From contig JBHLQM010000017.1 in the NCBI GenBank assembly GCA_048884785.1, forward strand, positions 18,284 through 53,244: a stretch of 34,961 nucleotides of DNA, given 5' to 3'. Shown here one piece after another: positions 18,177 through 26,295 of this stretch. A program made the translations under genes and the position numbers. A model generated the notes under the pieces. That model had not been told where the DNA came from, searched no databases, and saw nothing but the letters and a program-made list of their open reading frames with translations. The stretch's first letter is position 1. Each line of letters begins with the position of its first letter. This DNA is from Candidatus Thorarchaeota archaeon (GTDB taxonomy: Archaea; Asgardarchaeota; Thorarchaeia; Thorarchaeales; Thorarchaeaceae).

Positions 18177-18626
18177 GTGTTTCGGATGGAGCGAGTAATT
18201 GACAAGTATGGGTGGATTGTGTTCCTAGCTTTGGGTCTCTTGTGGTTGGTGGTTGGATTGTACCAAATCTTTCTTCCCCGCGAATTAGCTGTAGAAGACG
18301 TTCAGCTTGTATTGAACCTGGAGTTGAGTGAGCTTGAGTGGTCGAGTCCGGTGGCCATGGAATTCGTGTACTGGCTATACGGGAGTCTGGGTCTCCTCAA
18401 GGTAAGTTGGTCCCTCTTTGTCTTAGCAATAACCCTGACTGGCTTTCGGAGGGGAGAAAAATGGGCTTGGTACACCCTGTGGTTGGTGCCTGCTCTTTTG
18501 GTGAGCACTGGACTCTTCAACACTTTCTATATTGGTGATGCCTCTCAGATGTTGCAGTGGATCCCGATTCTAAGTCTATCGCTAGTGGGGCTGTTCCTTC
18601 CGTACAGGAAGTTCTTCCCCAAATAA
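18177..18626 (+). CDS. Hypothetical membrane protein, about 4 TM helices
   Basis: Hydrophobic segments, FRRGEKWAWYTLW and GLFLPYRKFF. Start GTG 18177 or ATG 18186. Confidence 0.75.
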   Translation: MFRMERVIDKYGWIVFLALGLLWLVVGLYQIFLPRELAVEDVQLVLNLELSELEWSSPVAMEFVYWLYGSLGLLKVSWSLFVLAITLTGFRRGEKWAWYTLWLVPALLVSTGLFNTFYIGDASQMLQWIPILSLSLVGLFLPYRKFFPK

Positions 18627-18865
18627 CCCCGAGTGTGTTTGGCTTTTGACATTGAGTAGAGAAAGCTGATGCGTTGAATCCTTGAACCTAAGTGGTGCGA
18701 CAAGGGTAGATAGGCTTCGTGATTTGGAAGACGAACATGATTGAGTTTTATCATGATACTCTAATTGGACTATGAAAAGCCTTTTATGCTCCACACAGGT
18801 TCGACGCGCCAAGTAGTACGATGGTCATTGGACACGCCGTCTAAGACCGAAGAGAGTGACATTGG

Positions 18866-20764
18866 ATGAACAACCAACAGAAAGTCTTTACATTTTTCCT
18901 AGTCTTTCTAGTGCTGACTAGTTCGACAACGCCAATGGCGGTTGTTCGCGATAATGCTGCCATTGTCTCACCAGCAAGTGTTCCAAAGGTAGTTGCGGAC
19001 ACCACTCTGATTGTTGAGAATGAAACAATTAATTACAATCAGGCTTTCAATGACGATGACTTTGTATTTCATGTGTACAATGGCACCTCTGTGATTGCTC
19101 TTGCCAACGTTACCCTATACAACAACACAGACCTGGTGAAGTATGACTCAAAACTCACGGTTGGTGATGGTTCTGCGGTATTCTACAATGTACCTCAGGG
19201 AATCTGGGAGTGGAATGTAACCTGGTCTCTTGCACCAGGTGTATTTGTAAATGGTACAATGGTTTCTAATGGACCAGATGCAGTCGTAGACTTTGAACTC
19301 GGGAACTTAGATTGGCAAAACAATGATGATGATATTCTAGCTACGGTCACAGATATTGATGGCAACCCTGGAACGGGACTTAATTTCTCTGTTTATTCAC
19401 GAGATACCAATTCTACATATGATGAGATTATACTTGGGGCTAGTGGAATTGCCAATATAACCAATATTCCAGAAGGCAACTATACTTGGTATCTAACGGT
19501 TCAGACAGGAGATTATGCGGGATATGTCATTGACTCCGAGAATTTCATAGCCGATGGCACAACGATTGAGGTCTGGATAAGACCTTTGGGGAACTTTGCA
19601 GGTAACCCTGGCTACTATGATCTTGAGATTTTCACGTACTTTGAAACTTCTCACTTTCCACTAGAAGGAGCACTAGCAAATCTTACTTATTATAATGGAA
19701 CTGAAATTGACCATCAGTATACTCCTGCAAATGGAACCGTCACATTCCTAGATCTGCCTGTTGCCTTCGTTAACTGGACAGTGTCGTACCTAGGAACCCA
19801 GATTTGGAGTGGCTACAGGAATCTCACAACTATTAGCACAGATATACGTGCGCCCATCCTGACCACAGCCAATTCGACTGTAAAATACCTGTATCAGACT
19901 GAAAACATTACAGTGACATGGTTTGTTGAGGATGAGTTCCCTTCACAGCTCAAGATGTATGTAGGTGCCACTCTTAACGAAACAATCACATGGACAAATC
20001 AAACAAGCTATACTTTCAACGCGACCGGCTTTGAGATTGGCATCTATGAACTCAAGCTCGTGGCCCTTGACCTGAACACCAATACCAATGAGAGTATTGT
20101 ATCCCTTAGGGTCTTTGAGAATGTCACTCCAACCATTGAAGGTCCTGATGATATTGAATTCTACTTCTCAGAATCTGGCAAATCACTCAGGTGGAATTTC
20201 ACTGATGATTGGCTTGATTCCTATGTAATCTATCGCAACAATTACGGAATTGAGAATGGAACTCTAGATCGCGAGGCACCATTCCATGTTGTCTCTCTTG
20301 ACGGTCTAGCAATTGGTGTTTACAATTATTCCCTTTGGATTAATGACACCAGTGGCAACTCCGTCTTCGACAATGTCACGGTGACAGTCAAAATTGACGA
20401 CATAGCACCAGTTATAACATATGAGCCTCCTGCAGTGTACTATGCAAGGGGCGATAGAAACATAGTCCGAAATTGGACAGCCCAAGATGAATTCAAGGAG
20501 AGATACACCATTACTGTCGACAGCATACTAGTTGTTGATGAAGAATGGACTTCAGAGGCTATTGAGTTCGATTTCTGGGGTCTAACCGAAGGTGAACATG
20601 ATGTTGTCCTAACCGTTTCCGATATTGGAGGAAACACAGCGACATCTACCGTCAAGGTCTATGTTGGAATGCCTGTAGCCATTACCGCTATGGTTGGTAC
20701 GGTCGGAATAGTTGCAATAGTTGTTGTCATCGGTCTGCTATTATGGTACTTCAAATACCGGTAG
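18866..20764 (+). CDS. Cell-surface glycoprotein with tandem beta-sandwich (Ig-like) domains and a C-terminal TM anchor
   Basis: Signal peptide, three N-terminal repeats, three Ig-like repeats (AP.I...W...D...GL..G.Y...D..GN), about 28 NxS/T sequons by manual count, TM helix followed by KYR. Confidence 0.88.
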   Translation: MNNQQKVFTFFLVFLVLTSSTTPMAVVRDNAAIVSPASVPKVVADTTLIVENETINYNQAFNDDDFVFHVYNGTSVIALANVTLYNNTDLVKYDSKLTVGDGSAVFYNVPQGIWEWNVTWSLAPGVFVNGTMVSNGPDAVVDFELGNLDWQNNDDDILATVTDIDGNPGTGLNFSVYSRDTNSTYDEIILGASGIANITNIPEGNYTWYLTVQTGDYAGYVIDSENFIADGTTIEVWIRPLGNFAGNPGYYDLEIFTYFETSHFPLEGALANLTYYNGTEIDHQYTPANGTVTFLDLPVAFVNWTVSYLGTQIWSGYRNLTTISTDIRAPILTTANSTVKYLYQTENITVTWFVEDEFPSQLKMYVGATLNETITWTNQTSYTFNATGFEIGIYELKLVALDLNTNTNESIVSLRVFENVTPTIEGPDDIEFYFSESGKSLRWNFTDDWLDSYVIYRNNYGIENGTLDREAPFHVVSLDGLAIGVYNYSLWINDTSGNSVFDNVTVTVKIDDIAPVITYEPPAVYYARGDRNIVRNWTAQDEFKERYTITVDSILVVDEEWTSEAIEFDFWGLTEGEHDVVLTVSDIGGNTATSTVKVYVGMPVAITAMVGTVGIVAIVVVIGLLLWYFKYR

Positions 20765-20770
20765 TTCTGA

Positions 20771-20801
20771 TTGACGGCCTTTAGTTGGCCGTCAACCTTT
20801 T
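20771..20801 (+). terminator. Hairpin plus T-tract after the surface protein gene
   Basis: TTGACGGCC-N7-GGCCGTCAA followed by CCTTTT. Confidence 0.7.
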
Positions 20802-20861
20802 ATCTTCTCAAACGCGCCGACTGAAGAGTCCATCCAAAAGGGATGGATAATTCAGATTACG

Positions 20862-22166
20862 GTGTCTATTATGAGGTACATCCATGTGCGTGACGTACTT
20901 GATGGAAAATTCGAAGGAAAAAAAGTCCGTTTAAGAGGATGGGTTCATAGAATCCGAAAACAGACCAAGATGACTTTCGTAATACTTCGTGATCCCTCAG
21001 GTATTGTTCAAACGGTTATAAAAGAAAGCGCTGTTAGCGTGGGCGAATACGCCGATGTTAGCAGGATGTTAATAGAATCTCTCATCCTCCTCGAAGGAGT
21101 AGTAAAAGCTGACTCTAGAGCCGAGGGAGGATATGAAATCCAAGTAGAAAACGTGAAAGTTTTACATTTCGCAGAGGACTTTCCGATTACCGAGAACCAA
21201 AGCACCGAATTCCTTAATGATAATAGACACCTATGGATGCGCTCTCGCAAGATGAGCAATATTCTGAAAGTAAGGGATGAGGTGTTCAGAGCGGCAAGAG
21301 AATACCTACGAAAGCAAGGTTTCTATGAAACCACATGTCCCATGTTTGTATCAACGATGGGTGAGGAAGGAGCAGAGCTCTTCGAGGTTGACTATTTTGA
21401 CCGCAAGGTATACCTCACGCAGACAAGCCAGATGCACTTGGAACCACAGCTCTTTGCCATGGAGAAAGTTTTCATTCTGGCTCCATCATTTCGAGGTGAA
21501 AAGTCAAGAACAAGAAAGCACCTGACTGAGTTCTGGCACCTTGAAGTTGAAGAGGCATGGTGTGACCATGAGTGCAACATAAAACGACAGGAAGAACTCA
21601 TTGCGCACATGTGCCATGCTGTAGCAAAGAATCGCCCGCACGAACTGGCTGAACTGAACATTGACCCAGAAAGGCTTTGGAAAATCAAGCCACCCTTTGA
21701 GCGCATGACCTATGAAAAGGCAGTTAAAATATGCCAAGACGCAGGGTTGGATATTCAATGGGGTCAGGATATCAGAACAGAGGCGGAAGAAATCTTGACG
21801 AAAGATAGAGATACGTTCCTCTTCATTGAGTATTATCCAAAGGAAATCAAATCATTCTACATGAAGAGCAACCCAGAGGATCCTCGAACCTACAAGAATG
21901 ATGACCTTCTGGCACCCCATGGATATGGCGAGGTGATAGGAGCAAGCCAAAGAGAAGATGATGGTAATCTAATAATTGAGAACCTTCGCAGAATTGGCGA
22001 TGATCCAAAGAAGTATGAATGGTACCTTGATCTTAGGAAATACGGGAGTGTAGAACATTCTGGCTTCGGCGTGGGAATGGACCGATTGATTACTTGGATG
22101 CTTGAATTAGAGCATATACGGGATTGTGTTCCATTTCCAAGAACTGTCAGTAGAATCTATCCCTAG
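20862..22166 (+). CDS. asnS: Asparagine--tRNA ligase
   Basis: OB-fold LRGWVHRIR, motif 2 FRGEKSRTRKHLTEFWHLE, DLLAPHGYGEVIGASQRE and motif 3 GFGVGMDR. Start GTG 20862 or ATG 20871. Confidence 0.95.
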   Translation: MSIMRYIHVRDVLDGKFEGKKVRLRGWVHRIRKQTKMTFVILRDPSGIVQTVIKESAVSVGEYADVSRMLIESLILLEGVVKADSRAEGGYEIQVENVKVLHFAEDFPITENQSTEFLNDNRHLWMRSRKMSNILKVRDEVFRAAREYLRKQGFYETTCPMFVSTMGEEGAELFEVDYFDRKVYLTQTSQMHLEPQLFAMEKVFILAPSFRGEKSRTRKHLTEFWHLEVEEAWCDHECNIKRQEELIAHMCHAVAKNRPHELAELNIDPERLWKIKPPFERMTYEKAVKICQDAGLDIQWGQDIRTEAEEILTKDRDTFLFIEYYPKEIKSFYMKSNPEDPRTYKNDDLLAPHGYGEVIGASQREDDGNLIIENLRRIGDDPKKYEWYLDLRKYGSVEHSGFGVGMDRLITWMLELEHIRDCVPFPRTVSRIYP

Positions 22167-22195
22167 AACGGGAGGTTTTTTCCCGTTCCTTCTTT
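22166..22195 (+). terminator. Hairpin terminator after asnS
   Basis: GAACGGGA-N7-TCCCGTTC followed by a pyrimidine run, between convergent genes. Confidence 0.65.
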
Positions 22196-22204
22196 CCATA
22201 CTTC

Positions 22205-22447
22205 CTATGTTTCTGGTGATTCGTCTTTAGCTTTCTTTTGAGCTATAAGCTGAGCTTGCTGTATCCTCATTAATCTATATGAATAGATGAGGCCTGCTAG
22301 TCCAATGATTGATATAAGCAACCAGACAGGACTTGAAAGCGGATGTGAAAATGCCAATGTGAGGATGTAAACATTGAGAAAGAAGAAGAAGATTCCAAAA
22401 GAAACAATTACTGCGTAAAATGATGAAGGCATCTCAAGCAGACTCAT
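22205..22447 (-). CDS. Small 2-TM membrane protein
   Basis: Two hydrophobic helices, charged tail, SD-like AGGTGG upstream. Confidence 0.7.
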   Translation of the reverse strand: MSLLEMPSSFYAVIVSFGIFFFFLNVYILTLAFSHPLSSPVWLLISIIGLAGLIYSYRLMRIQQAQLIAQKKAKDESPET

Positions 22448-22551
22448 TCAAACCACCTAATTTTCTTCACTCGTCATACAATATAGAGGTTGTCCATCAA
22501 ATAGCGACGCATAATGGAATGCAGATTAGACTCGCAGCTTAACTTTGTGGA

Positions 22552-23460
22552 CTAGTTTTCTGTTTCATTGTTGTTCTCATAATCCATCTCATTGTTATTC
22601 TCAAATTCCTCTGCGACCAAGGGACTTACAAGAAGCCCCTCAGATGTTGCTTTGAGGACAACCCGCTTCCCAAGACCTGCCAGTCTTCTAATCGTTTCAG
22701 GAATGACCATTCTTCCTTTAGCGTCTATCTCTGTAATATCACCATAGAGCGTGTGCTTTTGCCCTTCAATAAGTCCGTCTCTAATGCGAAGAACCCTGTC
22801 AGCAATAGCGGCAACTCTTGGATTATGAGTGACATTTACTACAGTTGTTTGAAAGTCCTTATTCAATGTTCGAAGAGTTTCCATAACCATCTCTGCCGTT
22901 TCTGTGTCTAGCTCACCTGTGACTTCATCAGCAAGCAACAGCTCGGGCTTGTTTGCAAGGGCAACACAAATGGCAACTCGTTGATTCTCCCCGCCGCTTA
23001 ACTGATGTGGCTTATGTGCCATTCTAGGAGCAAGACCAACTGTTTCCAATAGCATCTTTGCTCTCTGTTCGGAAGGTCCTTTGGGAGCTCCTGCAAGCCT
23101 CATCGGCAACATGACATTCTTAATCGCAGTTAAGCCGGGTACAAGATTTCCAGTTTGCCAGACGAATCCAACTTTTTGGCGTCTATACAACATAGATCTC
23201 TTATCATCAAGCAAAGTGACACTATGTCCGTCATATAGGATAGCCCCGGCTGTGGGCTTATCTAGTGCTCCAAGCATCTTAAGGAGTGTTGACTTGCCCG
23301 ACCCTGATGGTCCAACAATGGAAAGGAATTCTCCATTGCCCACTTCGAAGTCAATACCTCGCAAGGCGATGACTTCTTTCACACCTCTTTTGTAGACCTT
23401 CATGAGGTCTCTCACTACGATTTTGTTTTGTTGTGCTATTTCCTCTAGATTTTCAGACAT
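22552..23460 (-). CDS. LolD/MacB-type ABC ATPase with C-terminal AbrB/MraZ-like domain
   Basis: GPSGSGKS, LSGGENQR, LADEVTGELD, VTH; C-terminal EIDAKGRMVIPETIRR. Start moved from 23586 to MSENLEE at 23460. Confidence 0.92.
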   Translation of the reverse strand: MSENLEEIAQQNKIVVRDLMKVYKRGVKEVIALRGIDFEVGNGEFLSIVGPSGSGKSTLLKMLGALDKPTAGAILYDGHSVTLLDDKRSMLYRRQKVGFVWQTGNLVPGLTAIKNVMLPMRLAGAPKGPSEQRAKMLLETVGLAPRMAHKPHQLSGGENQRVAICVALANKPELLLADEVTGELDTETAEMVMETLRTLNKDFQTTVVNVTHNPRVAAIADRVLRIRDGLIEGQKHTLYGDITEIDAKGRMVIPETIRRLAGLGKRVVLKATSEGLLVSPLVAEEFENNNEMDYENNNETEN

Positions 23461-23465
23461 GTGTT

Positions 23466-26294
23466 TCACTCCGTATATTGTATCTGTTCTGCAATGTTCT
23501 TTCTTAGTGCTGCAGATGTGACAACATATGTTGCAGCCAATGCAAATGTGCAACTGAGAGCAAGTATCGCTCCCAGCAGTAACCAAGGTACCGCAATGAA
23601 CACTGGAAGTCTAATCCACATGCTCAATGTGCCTGTACCGAAATATACCAGTGGCATATTAATTGCGAAGTATGAAAGCATAAGACCAATTAGTGACCCA
23701 ATTCCAGCCGCGACTAAGAGACTGAGAGTAGTGTCAATCAATACGGCACTCTTTATCGATTTGCTTTCAGTCCCCAGTGCTCTCATCACGGCGAACTGCT
23801 TTCTGAGCCCTCTAACTCGTACTGTTGAAACTATCATCATGCCAATCGACAAGTAGATGATTGTGAAAAGGACATTTATTGTATAGATCCCATATATTGA
23901 CTGTCCGGCTTTTGAGTCGAGTACTCTATCTATCTCTGTATATGGAGATTCAATGCCTTCAAAACTGTATGGGGCCACTTCCCATAGATTCCTCATAACT
24001 TCTGTGTAATTCGCTTCAAGATCCATTCTGACTAGGAATTTGTTGATTTTTGTTGTATTCAAGCAACGGTGAACATAATCCAAATCTACTACAACGAATC
24101 TGCTTGAGTCGGCCTCACCAGGGAGATAGGTTTGCCCTGAGCCTTGAGAATTGGACATTACATCAACTATGTTCATGTCCGAAACATTAGTCCAACTCTC
24201 ACCTTTCAAAGTGAGGGTAATTGCATTTCCATATACTGGGGTTTGATAGAAGCCGCTTTGGATATAATGATCAATTGGTTGAAACGATGCAAGCACATTC
24301 GTTTCATTCTCTATCATTTGAGATATGGCATTCTCGGGAGTAGACAGAAGTGTGAAATATTGAAGCCAGAATGCTGTATCTTTCCATTTTTCGAGGTCCA
24401 CAGCGTATACAAGTATGCTCTCATTTCTATATACTCTTCTTGTCCATTCACTTGTCCAGTATTGAATGCTCCCTTGCACTTTGAATACTGGACACACCTT
24501 CGATACGCCTTCCACAGTCGTTAGATTCTCAAGAAGATCCAGGGTTACATTCGATAGGCTACCATCCACAGTTATCGCGAAATCGGCCCCTGTATAGAAT
24601 TTGTGTACAGATACCATGTGATTGTATCCAGTTGTGGCGGATAATGAAGAAAATACACCGGCAGTAAACACCATCGCAACAAAAACAACGCCCATTGCTT
24701 CGCTTTTCTTATACATCAATACAGTCCTTGCCATTACCTGCGTACCAACTCGAAATGACGGCTTCTTGATCATTTCCATGATTCCTGATTTGAAACGTGA
24801 TGTAGGGCGAGCAGCTAATCTGGCAAATGCAATGATGAAAACGGCTAGTAGAGGAACAAGCCATATCAGAAACGAGAGAGACATAAATGATAGGAATCCA
24901 AAGAACCCTAGGATTGTCATAGTTGGAACGAGAATATAGCCTGACAGAGCTAGGGCAAGTAGCTCCACCATCGGGCTTCCTAGATTCTCCTGTGAGAGTA
25001 ATGATTCACGTTCAAGAATATTATGGGCTTCAGTTGCAGTCATCAAGTAAGCCCGAACAGCAACCGGTATCGCCACAATTATGCCAACCCCAAATGCAAA
25101 GGTAAAAATCGTCACTATTGCATTTGGATGGAAGGTCATAGTGAGATCGAAAAGCTGGGTCAAGTCGAAGACGAAGAACGTCTTCACCGTGACCGAAAGC
25201 AAAGCAGCAAGAGCTCCCATCAAAACTGCTCCTAAGCTGCCAAGTATTCCAGTCACAATAGCGCTGGTAAGAATCCATGAGAAGGCCTGCCAACCTGATG
25301 CTCCGCGGGTCTTTATTGTACCTACATCTCGTCTTAATTCATCATTCATGAGATTGGAATTGTAGTAGATTAGTAAAACGCCCATAATGATACTTGGAAT
25401 TGAGAATGAAAGCGCAAGAGCAGTCATTCCCATCGCCCAGGAAGTATACTCGAAGAGACTATTTAGTAGACCAAAATTAGATACCATCGCCAACGGGAGT
25501 GCATCTTGCTCAAACTGTCTTCTTAGGTTGACAAGTCTATCTTCAATCTCTGTTGGTTCGCCTTGAATTATTGAAGACCTATCGAGTCGAACCCAATATT
25601 TTTCAGAAATACCGTTATATTGGCCATAACCTAATTCGCCAAAACCCTCGTTTAATGTGTCTTTAGTAGTAATTATGTCCAGACTGGATTCCCTATCAAT
25701 CTCAGCATAATAGTAAGGATAGTATTCATCAGTGAATAGGTCGGTTGTGAATGTGCCGAGGATTTCTAGCTCTACACTAATCGTCACTTCTTGATAGTAC
25801 TCATCGTACGTTATAATTTCAATAGTGTAATTATCCCCAATATCATAATCATCTGTCAGGAAAATGGATTCGCGTAAATAACACCCATTGTCTGCAAGGT
25901 CTAGTGCATCACTTCCTATATCAAATACATTTGGAAATGTATCAAAGAAAGTCATTTCTACACCCAGAAGCACAATCCTACGCCATTCGTAGTAATATCC
26001 AAATTCTGCATACTGGTCAATTATACTCAGAGGTTCAATATTGGTGACTAGCTCCTGTTGATTCAGCAAGTCTTCAATTGCAGAAAGCTCTGTTTCATTT
26101 TGCCTATAGAATGATGGTGATATTGAAACCTCCATATCAACATCTAGATTTTGAGTCAAATCATTGAGAACATTTGGCCCAACACTGTCCATATAAAAGA
26201 GAATACCGCCTAACACGCCTGCTGAAAGAGAGAATATCAGAAATGTTGTCAGCACCTGCGGAGCCTTAGACATCAATCTGGAAAATAGAAACAT
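23466..26294 (-). CDS. Large FtsX/MacB-like ABC permease (two FtsX modules)
   Basis: RRDVGTIKTRGAS and RKQFAVMRALG motifs, two large extracellular domains. Start moved from 26339 to ATG 26294. Confidence 0.88.
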   Translation of the reverse strand: MFLFSRLMSKAPQVLTTFLIFSLSAGVLGGILFYMDSVGPNVLNDLTQNLDVDMEVSISPSFYRQNETELSAIEDLLNQQELVTNIEPLSIIDQYAEFGYYYEWRRIVLLGVEMTFFDTFPNVFDIGSDALDLADNGCYLRESIFLTDDYDIGDNYTIEIITYDEYYQEVTISVELEILGTFTTDLFTDEYYPYYYAEIDRESSLDIITTKDTLNEGFGELGYGQYNGISEKYWVRLDRSSIIQGEPTEIEDRLVNLRRQFEQDALPLAMVSNFGLLNSLFEYTSWAMGMTALALSFSIPSIIMGVLLIYYNSNLMNDELRRDVGTIKTRGASGWQAFSWILTSAIVTGILGSLGAVLMGALAALLSVTVKTFFVFDLTQLFDLTMTFHPNAIVTIFTFAFGVGIIVAIPVAVRAYLMTATEAHNILERESLLSQENLGSPMVELLALALSGYILVPTMTILGFFGFLSFMSLSFLIWLVPLLAVFIIAFARLAARPTSRFKSGIMEMIKKPSFRVGTQVMARTVLMYKKSEAMGVVFVAMVFTAGVFSSLSATTGYNHMVSVHKFYTGADFAITVDGSLSNVTLDLLENLTTVEGVSKVCPVFKVQGSIQYWTSEWTRRVYRNESILVYAVDLEKWKDTAFWLQYFTLLSTPENAISQMIENETNVLASFQPIDHYIQSGFYQTPVYGNAITLTLKGESWTNVSDMNIVDVMSNSQGSGQTYLPGEADSSRFVVVDLDYVHRCLNTTKINKFLVRMDLEANYTEVMRNLWEVAPYSFEGIESPYTEIDRVLDSKAGQSIYGIYTINVLFTIIYLSIGMMIVSTVRVRGLRKQFAVMRALGTESKSIKSAVLIDTTLSLLVAAGIGSLIGLMLSYFAINMPLVYFGTGTLSMWIRLPVFIAVPWLLLGAILALSCTFALAATYVVTSAALRKNIAEQIQYTE

Positions 26295-26295
26295 G

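Noticed and set aside
13578-18833. Identical 11-mer GGTCATTGGAC upstream of tbp (13578) and of the surface protein gene (18823)
   Set aside because: A few 10-11-mer matches are expected by chance in this much sequence, and the orientation relative to the genes differs. The same chance argument applies to CTTATTTGCT at 29871 and 31035.
20821-20855. Hammerhead ribozyme (CUGAAGAG followed by a stem)
   Set aside because: The required GAAA after stem II is absent (reads TAATT), and no stems I/III with a UH site are evident.
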